This document shows positions 1-14,699 of a DNA stretch of 64,000 bases, in pieces. A program made the translations under genes and the position numbers. Within the stretch, counting starts at the first letter, position 1. Each line of letters starts with the position of its first letter. Source of the DNA: the human T2T-CHM13v2.0 reference genome, Homo sapiens. The notes below the pieces were generated by a model, which was not told the origin of the DNA, made no database searches, and worked only from the letters and a program-made list of their open reading frames with translations. Location: NCBI RefSeq assembly GCF_009914755.1, contig NC_060925.1; one strand, given 5' to 3'.

Positions 1-3000
1 ATGATTCCATCTGATTCCATTTGATGATTCCATTCGTTTCCATCCGATGATGATTCCATTCGATTCCGTTCAATGATTATTCCATTCGACTCCATTCGAT
101 GATTCCATTCGATTCCATTCGCTGATGATTGCATTCGAGTCCATGGATTCTTCCATTCCATTCCATTAGATGATTCCATTCCAGTCCATTCGATGATTCT
201 CTTCGATTCCATTCGATAATTCCGTTTGATTCCGTTTGATGTTGATTCCATTCGAGTCCATTCGATGATAATTCCATTCGATTCTATGCGATGATTCCAT
301 TCCATTCCATTTGGAGGTGGTTCCATTCGAGACCATTCGTTGATTGCATTCAATTCATTCGATGACCATTCCATTCAATTCCGTTCAATGATTCCATCAG
401 ATTCCATTTGATGATGATTCCATTCGATTCCATTTGATGATGATTCCATGCGATTCCATTAGATGATGACCCCTTTCATTTCCATTCAATGAGGATTCCA
501 TTCGGTTCCATTTGATGATGATTCCTTTGAATTCCATTTGATGACAATTCCATTCAATACCAATTGATGATGTTTATTTTTGATTCCATTTGATGATGAT
601 TACATTCGATTCCATTTCATCATGATTCCATTCGATTCCACTCGATGATTCCATTCGATTCCATTCAATGATTATTCCACTTGAGTCGATTCGATGACTC
701 CATTCGATTGTATTCGATGGTGATTGAATTCGAGTCCATGGATTAATCCATTGCATTCCATTCGATGATTCCATTCGAGTCCATTCGATGATTCTATTCG
801 ATTGCATTCGATAATTCCATTCGATTGCATTCGATAAATCCATTTGAATCCATTTGAGGATAATTCCATTTGAGTCCATTCGATGATTGTTCCATTCGAT
901 TCTATTCGGTGATTCCATTCGACTTCATTTGATAATGATTCCATTCGAGACCATTCGATGATTCTATTCAATTCCATTCAATAATGATTCCATTCGAGTC
1001 CATTCAACGATTCCATTCAAGTCCATTCGATGATTCCATCTGATTCCATTCAATGAATCCATGCGATTCCATTCTATGATGATTCCATTCATTTCCATCT
1101 GATGATGATTCCATTCGATTCCATTCAATGATTCCTTTCGATTCCATTTGATGATGATTTCAATCAATTTCATTCGATGATCCCATTCGAATCCATTCGA
1201 TGATGAGTCCATCCATTTCTATTTCATGATAATTCCATTCGTTTCAATTCGATGGTGTTTCCATTCGATTCCATTCGATGTTGATTCCATTAGTTTCCAT
1301 TGGATGATGATTCCATTCGAGACCATTCGATGATGATCACAATGGATTTCATTCCATAATTCTATTCGATTCCATTTGATGATGATTCCATCTGATTCCA
1401 TTTGATGATTCCATTCGTTTCCATCCGATGATGATTCCATTCGATTCCGTTCAATGATTATTCCATTCGAGTCCATTCGATGATTCCATTCGATTCCATT
1501 CGATGATGATTGCATTCGAGACCATGGATTCTTCCATTCCATTCCATTAGATGATTCCATTCCAGTCCATTCGATGATTCTCTTCGATTCCATTCGATAA
1601 TTCCGTTTGATTCCGTTTGATGTTGATTCCATTCGAGTCCATTCGATGATAATTCCATTCGATTCTATGCGATGATTCCATTCCATTCCATTTGGAGGTG
1701 GTTCCATTCGAGACCATTCGTTGATTGCATTCAATTCATTCGATGACCATTCCATTCAATTCCGTTCAATGATTCCATTAGATTCCATTTGATGATGATT
1801 CCATTCGATTCCATTTGATGATGATTCCATGCGATTCCATTAGATGATGACTCCTTTCATTTCCATTCAATGAGGATTCCACTCGGTTCCATTTGATGAT
1901 GATTCCTTTGAATTCCATTTGATGACAATTCCATTCAATACCAATTGATGATGTTTATTTTTGATTCCATTTGATGATGATTACATTCGATTCCATTTCA
2001 TCATGATTCCATTCGATTCCACTCGATGATTCCATTCGATTCCATTCAATGATTATTCCACTTGAGTCGATTCGATGACTCCATTCGATTGTATTCGACG
2101 GTGATTGAATTCGAGTCCATGGATTAATCCATTGCATTCCATTCGATGATTCCATTCGAGTCCATTCGATGATTCTATTCGATTGCATTCGATAATTCCA
2201 TTCGATTGCATTCGATAAATCCATTTGATTCCATTTGAGGATAATTCCATTTGAGTCCATTCGATGATTGTTCCATTCGATTCTATTCGGTGATTCCATT
2301 CGACTTCATTTGATAATGATTCCATTCGAGACCATTCGATGATTCTATTCAATTCCATTCAATAATGATTCCATTCGAGTCCATTCAACGATTCCATTCA
2401 AGTCCATTCGATGATTCCATCTGATTCCATTCAATGAATCCATGCGATTCCATTCTATGATGATTCCATTCATTTCCATCTGATGATGATTCCATTCGAT
2501 TCCATTCAATGATTCCTTTCGATTCCATTTGATGATGATTTCAATCAATTTCATTCGATGATTCCATTCGAATCCATTCGATGATGAGTCCATCCATTTC
2601 TATTTCATGATAATTCCATTCGTTTCAATTCGATGGTGTTTCCATTCGATTCCATTCGATGTTGATTCCATTAGTTTCCATTGGATGATGATTCCATTCG
2701 AGTCCATTCGATGATGATCACAATGGATTTCATTCCATAATTCTATTCGATTCCATTTGATGATGATTCCATCTGATTCCATTTGATGATTCCATTCGTT
2801 TCCATCCGATGATGATTCCATTCGATTCCGTGCAATGATTACTCCATTCGAGTCCATTCGATGATTCCATTCGATTCCATTCGCTGATGATTGCATTCGA
2901 GTCCATGGATTCTTCCATTCCATTCCATTAGATGATTCCATTCCAGTCCATTCGATGATTCTCTTCGATTCCATTCGATAATTCCGTTTGATTCCGTTTG

Positions 3001-6000
3001 ATGTTGATTCCATTCGAGTCCATTCGATTATAATTCCATTCGATTCTATGCGATGATTCCATTCCATTCCATTTGGAGGTGGTTCCATTCGAGACCATTC
3101 GTTGATTGCATTCAATTCATTCGATGACCATTCCATTCAATTCCGTTCAATGATTCCATTAGATTCCATTTGATGATGATTCCATTCGATTCCATTTGAT
3201 GATGATTCCATGCGATTCCATTAGATGATGACTCCTTTCATTTCCATACAATGAGGATTCCATTCGGTTCCATTTGATGATGATTCCTTTGAATTCCATT
3301 TGATGACAATTCCATTCAATACCAATTGACGATGTTTATTTTTGATTCCATTTGATGATGATTACATTCGATTCCATTTCATCATGATTCCATTCGATTC
3401 CACTCGATGATTCCATTCGATTCCATTCAATGATTATTCCACTTGAGTCGATTCGATGACTCCATTCGTTTGTATTCGATGGTGATTGAATTCGAGTCCA
3501 TGGATTAATCCATTGCATTCCATTCGATGATTCCATTCGAGTCCATTCGATGATTCTATTGGATTGCATTCGATAATTCCATTCGATTGCATTCGATAAA
3601 TCCATTTGATTCCATTTGAGGATAATTCCATTTGAGTCCATTCGATGATTGTTCCATTCGATTCTATTCAGTGATTCCATTCGACTTCATTTGATAATGA
3701 TTCCATTCGAGACCATTCGATGATTCTATTCAATTCCATTCAATAATGATTCCATTCGAGTCCATTCAACGATTCCATTCAAGTCCATTCGATGATTCCA
3801 TCTGATTCCATTCAATGAATCCATGCGATTCCATTCTATGATGATTCCATTCATTTCCATCTGATGATGATTCCATTCGATTCCATTCAATGATTCCTTT
3901 CGATTCCATTTGATGATGATTTCAATCAATTTCATTCGATGATTCCATTCGAATCCATTCGATGATGAGTCCATCCATTTCTATTTCATGATAATTCCAT
4001 TCGTTTCAATTCGATGGTGTTTCCATTCGATTCCATTCGATGTTGATTCCATTAGTTTCCATTGGATGATGGTTCCATTCGAGTCCATTCGATGATGATC
4101 ACAATGGATTTCATTCCATAATTCTATTCGATTCCATTTGATGATGATTCCATCTGATTCCATTTGATGATTCCATTCGTTTCCATCCGATGATGATTCC
4201 ATTCGATTCCGTTCAATGATTATTCCATTCGACTCCATTCGATGATTCCATTCGATTCCATTCGCTGATGATTGCATTCGAGTCCATGGATTCTTCCATT
4301 CCATTCCATTAGATGATTCCATTCCAGTCCATTCGATGATTCTCTTCGATTCCATTCGATAATTCCGTTTGATTCCGTTTGATGTTGATTCCATTCGAGA
4401 CCATTCGATGATAATTCCATTCGATTCTTTGCGATGATTCCATTCCATTCCATTTGGAGGTGGTTCCATTCGAGACCATTCGTTGATTGCATTCAATTCA
4501 TTCGATGACCATTCCATTCAATTCCGTTCAATGATTCCATTAGATTCCATTTGATGATGATTCCATTCGATTCCATTTGATGATGATTCCATGCGATTCC
4601 ATTAGATGATGACTCCTTTCATTTCCATTCAATGAGGATTCCATTCGGTTCCATTTGATGATGATTCCTTTGAATTCCATTTGATGACAATTCCATTCAA
4701 TACCAATTGATGATGTTTATTTTTGATTCCATTTGATGATGATTACATTCGATTCCATTTCATCATGATTCCATTCGATTCCACTCGATGATTCCATTCG
4801 ATTCCATTCAATGATTATTCCACTTGAGTCGATTCGATGACTCCATTCGATTGTATTCGATGGTGATTGAATTCGAGTCCATGGATTAATCCATTGCATT
4901 CCATTCGATGATTCCATTCGAGTCCATTCGATGATTCTATTCGATTGCATTCGATAATTCCATTCGATTGCATTCGATAAATCCATTTGATTCCATTTGA
5001 GGATAATTCCATTTGAGTCCATTCGATGATTGTTCCATTCGATTCTATTCGGTGATTCCATTCGACTTCATTTGATAATGATTCCATTCGAGACCATTCG
5101 ATGATTCTATTCAATTCCATTCAATAATGATTCCATTCGAGTCCATTCAACGATTCCATTCAAGTCCATTCGATGATTCCATCTGATTCCATTCAATGAA
5201 TCCATGCGATTCCATTCTATGATGATTCCATTCATTTCCATCTGATGATGATTCCATTCGATTCCATTCAATGATTCCTTTCGATTCCATTTGATGATGA
5301 TTTCAATCAATTTCATTCGATGATTCCATTCGAATCCATTCGATGATGAGTCCATCCATTTCTATTTCATGATAATTCCATTCGTTTCAATTCGATGGTG
5401 TTTCCATTCGATTCCATTCGATGTTGATTCCATTAGTTTCCATTGGATGATGATTCCATTCGAGTCCATTCGATGATGATCACAATGGATTTCATTCCAT
5501 AATTCTATTCGATTCCATTTGATGATGATTCCATCTGATTCCATTTGATGATTCCATTCGTTTCCATCCGATGATGATTCCATTCGATTCCGTTCAATGA
5601 TTATTCCATTCGAGTCCATTCGATGATTCCATTCGATTCCATTCGCTGATGATTGCATTCGAGTCCATGGATTCTTCCATTCCATTCCATTAGATGATTC
5701 CATTCCAGTCCATTCGATGATTCTCTTCGATTCCATTCGATAATTCCGTTTGATTCCGTTTGATGTTGATTCCATTCGAGTCCATTCGATGATAATTCCA
5801 TTCGATTCTATGCGATGATTCCATTCCATTCCATTTGGAGGTGGTTCCATTCGAGACCATTCGTTGATTGCATTCAATTCATTCGATGACCATTCCATTC
5901 AATTCCGTTCAATGATTCCATTAGATTCCATTTGATGATGATTCCATTCGATTCCATTTGATGATGATTCCATGCGATTCCATTAGATGATGACTCCTTT

Positions 6001-9000
6001 CATTTCCATTCAATGAGGATTCCATTCGGTTCCATTTGATGATGATTCCTTTGAATTCCATTTGATGACAATTCCATTCAATACCAATTGATGATGTTTA
6101 TTTTTCATTCCATTTGATGATGATTACATTCGATTCCATTTCATCATGATTCCATTCGATTCCACTCGATGATTCCATTCGATTCCATTCAATGATTATT
6201 CCACTTGAGTCGATTCGATGACTCCATTCGATTGTATTCGATGGTGATTGAATTCGAGTCCATGGATTAATCCATTGCATTCCATTCGATGATTCCATTC
6301 GAGTCCATTCGATGATTCTATTCGATTGCATTCGATAATTCCATTCGATTGCATTCGATAAATCCATTTGAATCCATTTGAGGATAATTCCATTTGAGTC
6401 CATTCGATGATTGTTCCATTCGATTCTATTCGGTGATTCCATTCGACTTCATTTGATAATGATTCCATTCGAGACCATTCGATGATTCTATTCAATTCCA
6501 TTCAATAATGATTCCATTCGAGTCCATTCAACGATTCCATTCAAGTCCATTCGATGATTCCATCTGATTCCATTCAATGAATCCATGCGATTCCATTCTA
6601 TGATGATTCCATTCATTTCCATCTGATGATGATTCCATTCGATTCCATTCAATGATTCCTTTCGATTCCATTTGATGATGATTTCAATCAATTTCATTCG
6701 ATGATTCCATTCGAATCCATTCGATGATGAGTCCATCCATTTCTATTTCATGATAATTCCATTCGTTTCAATTTGTTGGTGATTCCAATCGATTCCATTC
6801 GATGTTGATTCCATTAGTTTCCATTGGATGATGATTCCATTCGAGTCCATTCGATGATGATCACAATGGATTTCATTCCATAATTCTATTCGATTCCATT
6901 TGATGATGATTCCATCTGATTCCATTTGATGATTCCATTCGTTTCCATCCGATGATGATTCCATTCGATTCCGTGCAATGATTACTCCATTCGAGTCCAT
7001 TCGATGATTCCATTCGATTCCATTCGCTGATGATTGCATTCGAGTCCATGGATTCTTCCATTCCATTCCATTAGATGATTCCATTCCAGTCCATTCGATG
7101 ATTCTCTTCGATTCCATTCGATAATTCCGTTTGATTCCGTTTGATGTTGATTCCATTCGAGTCCATTCGATGATAATTCCATTCGATTCTATGCGATGAT
7201 TCCATTCCATTCCATTTGGAGGTGGTTCCATTCGAGACCATTCGTTGATTGCATTCAATTCATTCGATGACCATTCCATTCAATTCCGTTCAATGATTCC
7301 ATTAGATTCCATTTGATGATGATTCCATTCGATTCCATTTGATGATGATTCCATGCGATTCCATTAGATGATGACTCCTTTCATTTCCATTCAATGAGGA
7401 TTCCATTCGGTTCGATTTGATGATGATTCCTTTGAATTCCATTTGATGACAATTCCATTCAATACCAATTGACGATGTTTATTTTTGATTCCATTTGATG
7501 ATGATTACATTCGATTCCATTTCATCATGATTCCATTCGATTCCACTCGATGATTCCATTCGATTCCATTCAATGATTATTCCACTTGAGTCGATTCGAT
7601 GACTCCATTCGTTTGTATTCGATGGTGATTGAATTCGAGTCCATGGATTAATCCATTGCATTCCATTCGATGATTCCATTCGAGTCCATTCGATGATTCT
7701 ATTCGATTGCATTCGATAATTCCATTCGATTGCATTCGATAAATCCATTTGATTCCATTTGAGGATAATTCCATTTGAGTCCATTCGATGATTGTTCCAT
7801 TCGATTCTATTCGGTGATTCCATTCGACTTCATTTGATAATGATTCCATTCGAGACCATTCGATGATTCTATTCAATTCCATTCAATAATGATTCCATTC
7901 GAGTCCATTCAACGATTCCATTCAAGTCCATTCGATGATTCCATCTGATTCCATTCAATGAATCCATGCGATTCCATTCTATGATGATTCCATTCATTTC
8001 CATCTGATGATGATTCCATTCGATTCCATTCAATGATTCCTTTCGATTCCATTTGATGATGATTTCAATCAATTTCATTCGATGATTCCATTCGAATCCA
8101 TTCGATGATGAGTCCATCCATTTCTATTTCATGATAATTCCATTCGTTTCAATTCGATGGTGTTTCCATTCGATTCCATTCGATGTTGATTCCATTAGTT
8201 TCCATTGGATGATGATTCCATTCGAGTCCATTCGATGATGATCACAATGGATTTCATTCCATAATTCTATTCGATTCCATTTGATGATGATTCCATCTGA
8301 TTCCATTTGATGATTCCATTCGTTTCCATCCGATGATGATTCCATTCGATTCCGTTCAATGATTATTCCATTCGACTCCATTCGATGATTCCATTCGATT
8401 CCATTCGCTGATGATTGCATTCGAGTCCATGGATTCTTCCATTCCATTCCATTAGATGATTCCATTCCAGTCCATTCGATGATTCTCTTCGATTCCATTC
8501 GATAATTCCGTTTGATTCCGTTTGATGTTGATTCCATTCGAGTCCATTCGATGATAATTCCATTCGATTCTTTGCGATGATTCCATTCCATTCCATTTGG
8601 AGGTGGTTCCATTCGAGACCATTCGTTGATTGCATTCAATTCATTCGATGACCATTCCATTCAATTCCGTTCAATGATTCCATTAGATTCCATTTGATGA
8701 TGATTCCATTCGATTCCATTTGATGATGATTCCATGCGATTCCATTAGATGATGACTCCTTTCATTTCCATTCAATGAGGATTCCATTCGGTTCCATTTG
8801 ATGATGATTCCTTTGAATTCCATTTGATGACAATTCCATTCAATACCAATTGATGATGTTTATTTTTGATTCCATTTGATGATGATTACATTCGATTCCA
8901 TTTCATCATGATTCCATTCGATTCCACTCGATGATTCCATTCGATTCCATTCAATGATTATTCCACTTGAGTCGATTCGATGACTCCATTCGATTGTATT

Positions 9001-12000
9001 CGATGGTGATTGAATTCGAGTCCATGGATTAATCCATTGCATTCCATTCGATGATTCCATTCGAGTCCATTCGATGATTCTATTCGATTGCATTCGATAA
9101 TTCCATTCGATTGCATTCGATAAATCCATTTGATTCCATTTGAGGATAATTCCATTTGAGTCCATTCGATGATTGTTCCATTCGATTCTATTCGGTGATT
9201 CCATTCGACTTCATTTGATAATGATTCCATTCGAGACCATTCGATGATTCTATTCAATTCCATTCAATAATGATTCCATTCGAGTCCATTCAACGATTCC
9301 ATTCAAGTCCATTCGATGATTCCATCTGATTCCATTCAATGAATCCATGCGATTCCATTCTATGATGATTCCATTCATTTCCATCTGATGATGATTCCAT
9401 TCGATTCCATTCAATGATTCCTTTCGATTCCATTTGATGATGATTTCAATCAATTTCATTCGATGATTCCATTCGAATCCATTCGATGATGAGTCCATCC
9501 ATTTCTATTTCATGATAATTCCATTCGTTTCAATTTGATGGTGTTTCCATTCGATTCCATTCGATGTTGATTCCATTAGTTTCCATTGGATGATGATTCC
9601 ATTCGAGTCCATTCGATGATGATCACAATGGATTTCATTCCATAATTCTATTCGATTCCATTTGATGATGATTCCATCTGATTCCATTTGATGATTCCAT
9701 TCGTTTCCATCCGATGATGATTCCATTCGATTCCGTTCAATGATTATTCCATTCGAGTCCATTCGATGATTCCATTCGATTCCATTCGCTGATGATTGCA
9801 TTCGAGTCCATGGATTCTACCATTCCATTCCATTAGATGATTCCATTCCAGTCCATTCGATGATTCTCTTCGATTCCATTCGATAATTCCGTTTGATTCC
9901 GTTTGATGTTGATTCCATTCGAGTCCATTCGATGATAATTCCATTCGATTCTATGCGATGATTCCATTCCATTCCATTTGGAGGTGGTTCCATTCGAGAC
10001 CATTCGTTGATTGCATTCAATTCATTCGATGACCATTCCATTCAATTCCGTTCAATGATTCCATTAGATTCCATTTGATGATGATTCCATTCGATTCCAT
10101 TTGATGATGATTCCATGCGATTCCATTAGATGATGACTCCTTTCATTTCCATTCAATGAGGATTCCATTCGGTTCCATTTGATGATGATTCCTTTGAATT
10201 CCATTTGATGACAATTCCATTCAATACCAATTGATGATGTTTATTTTTGATTCCATTTGATGATGATTACGTTCGATTCCATTTCATCATGATTCCATTC
10301 GATTCCACTCGATGATTCCATTCGATTCCATTCAATGATTATTCCACTTGAGTCGATTCGATGACTCCATTCGATTGTATTCGATGGTGATTGAATTCGA
10401 GTCCATGGATTAATCCATTGCATTCCATTCGATGATTCCATTCGAGTCCATTCGATGATTCTATTCGATTGCATTCGATAATTCCATTCGATTGCATTCG
10501 ATAAATCCATTTGAATCCATTTGAGGATAATTCCATTTGAGTCCATTCGATGATTGTTCCATTCGATTCTATTCGGTGATTCCATTCGACTTCATTTGAT
10601 AATGATTCCATTCGAGACCATTCGATGATTCTATTCAATTCCATTCAATAATGATTCCATTCGAGTCCATTCAACGATTCCATTCAAGTCCATTCGATGA
10701 TTCCATCTGATTCCATTCAATGAATCCATGCGATTCCATTCTATGATGATTCCATTCATTTCCATCTGATGATGATTCCATTCGATTCCATTCAATGATT
10801 CCTTTCGATTCCATTTGATGATGATTTCAATCAATTTCATTCGATGATTCCATTCGAATCCATTCGATGATGAGTCCATCCATTTCTATTTCATGATAAT
10901 TCCATTCGTTTCAATTTGATGGTGTTTCCATTCGATTCCATTCGATGTTGATTCCATTAGTTTCCATTGGATGATGATTCCATTCGAGTCCATTCGATGA
11001 TGATCACAATGGATTTCATTCCATAATTCTATTCGATTCCATTTGATGATGATTCCATCTGATTCCATTTGATGATTCCATTCGTTTCCATCCGATGATG
11101 ATTCCATTCGATTCCGTTCAATGATTATTCCATTCGAGTCCATTCGATGATTCCATTCGATTCCATTCGCTGATGATTGCATTCGAGTCCATGGATTCTT
11201 CCATTCCATTCCATTAGATGATTCCATTCGAGTCCATTCGATGATTCTCTTCGATTCCATTCGATAATTCCGTTTGATTCCGTTTGATGTTGATTCCATT
11301 CGAGTCCATTCGATGATAATTCCATTCGATTCTATGCGATGATTCCATTCCATTCCATTTGGAGGTGGTTCCATTCGAGACCATTCGTTGATTGCATTCA
11401 ATTCATTCGATGACCATTCCAATCAATTCCGTTCAATGATTCCATCAGATTCCATTTGATGATGATTCCATTCGATTCCATTTGATGATGATTCCATGCG
11501 ATTCCATTAGATGATGACCCCTTTCATTTCCATTCAATGAGGATTCCATTCGGTTCCATTTGATGATGATTCCTTTGAATTCCATTTGATGACAATTCCA
11601 TTCAATACCAATTGATGATGTTTATTTTTGATTCCATTTGATGATGATTACATTCGACTCCATTTCATCGTGATTCCATTCGATTCCACTCGATGATTCC
11701 ATTCGATTCCATTCAATGATTATTTCACTTGAGTCGATTCGATGACTCCATTCGATTGTATTCGATGGTGATTGAATTCGAGTCCATGGATTAATCCATT
11801 GCATTCCATTCGATGATTCCATTCGAGTCCATTCGATGATTCTATTCGATTGCATTCGATAATTCCATTCGATTGCATTCGATAAATCCATTTGATTCCA
11901 TTTGAGGATAATTCCATTTGAGTCCATTCGATGATTGTTCCATTCGATTCTATTCGGTGATTCCATTCGACTTCATTTGATAATGATTCCATTCGAGACC

Positions 12001-13200
12001 ATTCGATGATTCTATTCAATTCCATTCAATAATGATTCCATTCGAGTCCATTCAACGATTCCATTCAAGTCCATTCGATGATTCCATCTGATTCCATTCA
12101 ATGAATCCATGCGATTCCATTCTATGATGATTCCATTCATTTCCATCTGATGATGATTCCATTCGATTCCATTCAATGATTCCTTTCGATTCCATTTGAT
12201 GATGATTTCAATCAATTTCATTCGATGATTCCATTCGAATCCATTCGATGATGAGTCCATCCATTTCTATTTCATGATAATTCCATTCGTTTCAATTCGA
12301 TGGTGTTTCCATTCGATTCCATTCGATGTTGATTCCATTAGTTTCCATTGGATGATGATTCCATTCGAGTCCATTCGATGATGATCACAATGGATTTCAT
12401 TCCATAATTCTATTCGATTCCATTTGATGATGATTCCTTCTGATTCCATTTGATGATTCCATTCGTTTCCATCCGATGATGATTCCATTCGATTAAGTTC
12501 AATGATTATTCCGTTCGACTCCATTCGATGATTCCATTCGATTCCATTCGCTGATGATTGCATTCGAGTCCATGGATTCTTCCATTCCATTCCATTAGAT
12601 GATTCCATTCCAGTCCATTCGATGATTCTCTTCGATTCCATTCGATAATTCCGTTTGATTCCGTTTGATGTTGATTCCATTCGAGTCCATTCGATGATAA
12701 TTCCATTCGATTCTATGCGATGATTCCATTCCATTCCATTTGGAGGTGGTTCCATTCGAGACCATTCGTTGATTGCATTCAATTCATTCGATGACCATTC
12801 CATTCAATTCCGTTCAATGATTCCATTAGATTCCATTTGATGATGATTCCATTCGATTCCATTTGATGATGATTCCATGCGATTCCATTAGATGATGACT
12901 CCTTTCATTTCCATTCAATGAGGATTCCATTCGGTTCCATTTGATGATGATTCCTTTGAATTCCATTTGATGACAATTCCATTCAATACCAATTGATGAT
13001 GTTTATTTTTGATTCCATTTGATGATGATTACATTCGATTCCATTTCATCATGATTCCATTCGATTCCACTCGATGATTCCATTCGATTCCATTCAATGA
13101 TTATTCCACTTGAGTCGATTCGATGACTCCATTCGATTGTATTCGATGGTGATTGAATTCGAGTCCATGGATTAATCCATTGCATTCCATTCGATGATTC
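1..13200 (+). repeat. Homogeneous array of 1381-bp monomers (~9.5 copies; 'L' type)
   Basis: Equivalent ORF boundaries at 574, 1955, 3336, 4717, 6098, 7479, 8860, 10241, 11622 and 13003, each exactly 1381 apart. Once-per-unit landmarks include CAATACCAATTGATGATGTTTATTTTTG, TTGGAGGTGGTTCC and GAGTCGATTCGATGACTCC. Block-specific marker CCATTTCTATTTC. Confidence 0.95.
1770..1780 (-). promoter_or_regulatory. Representative DUX4-type motif match TAATGGAATCA (TGATTCCATTA on +), about two per monomer
   Basis: TGATTCCATTA at 1282-1292 and 1770-1780, recurring at equivalent monomer positions. It fits the TAAYBBAATCA consensus, and DUX4 is known to bind and activate HSATII. Binding at these particular sites is not shown. 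Confidence 0.4.
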
Positions 13201-14699
13201 CTTTCGAGTCCATTCGATGATTCCATTCGATTGCATTCGGTAATTCCATTCGATTGCATTTGATAATTCCATTCGATTCCATTTGAGGATAATTCCATTT
13301 GAGTCCTTTCGGTGATTGTTCCATTCGATTCTATTCGGTGATTTCATTCGATTCCATTTGATAATGATTCCATTCGAGACCATTCGATGATTCCACTCAA
13401 TTCCATTCAATAATGACTCCATTCGAGTCCATTTAATGATTCCTTTCAAGTCCATTCGATGATTCCATCTGATTCCATTCAATGAATCCATTCGATTCCA
13501 TTCTATGATGATTCCTTTCATTTCCATCTGATGATGATTCCATTCAATTCCATTCAATGATTCCTTTCGATTCCATTTGATGATGATTTCAATCAATTTC
13601 ATTCGATGATTCCATTCGAATCCATTCGATGATGAGTCCATCCATTTCTATTTCATGATAATTCCATTCGTTTCAATTCGATGGTGTTTCCATTCGATTC
13701 CATTCGATGTTGATTCCATTAGTTTCCATTGGATGATGATTCCATTCGAGTCCATTCAATGATGATCATATTGGATTTCATTCCATAATTCTATTCGATT
13801 CCATTTGATGATGATTCCATCTGATTCCATTTGATGATCCCATTCGATTCCATTCGATGATGATTCCATTCGTTTCCATCCGATGATGATTCATTCGATT
13901 CCGTTCAATGATTATTCCATTCGAGTCCATTCGATGATTCCATTCGATTCTATTCGATGATGATTGCATTCGGGTCCATGGATTATTCCATTCCATTCCA
14001 TTAGATGATTCCATTCGTGGCCATTCGAAGATTCTCTTTGATTCCATTCGATAATACCGTTTGATTCCGTTTGATGTTGATTCCATTCGAGTCCATTCAA
14101 TGATAATTCCATTCGATTCTATGCGATGATTCCATTCCTTTCCATTTGAAGATAATTCCATTCGAGACCATTCGATGATTGCATTCAATTCATTCGATGA
14201 CGATTCCATTCAATTCCGTTCAATGATTCCATTAGATTCCATTCGATGATGATTCCATTCGATTCCATTTGATGATGATTCCATGCGATTCCATTAGATG
14301 ATGACTCCTTTCATTTCCATTCGATGATGATTCCATTCGTTTCCTTTCGACGATGATTCCATTCGATTCCGTTCAATGATTATTCCATTCGAGTCCATTC
14401 GATGATTCCATTCGATTCTATTCGATGATGATTGCATTCGGGTCCATGGATTATTCCATTCCATTCCATTAGATGATTCCATTCGTGGCCATTCGAAGAT
14501 TCTCTTCGATTCCATTCGATAATACCGTTTGATTCCGTTTGATGTTGATTCCATTCGAGTCCATTCAATGATAATTCCATTCGATTCTATGCGATGATTC
14601 CATTCCTTTCCATTCGAAGATGATTCCATTCGAGACCATTCGATGATTGCATTCAATTCATTCGATGACGATTCCATTCAATTCCATTCAATGATTTCA

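Noticed and set aside
555-585. AT-rich landmark CAATACCAATTGATGATGTTTATTTTTG as a terminator or poly(A) signal (AATAAA on minus strand)
   Set aside because: It is a once-per-monomer diverged satellite unit with no hairpin. The hexamer is lost in many monomers (GGTTATTT), and there is no transcript evidence.
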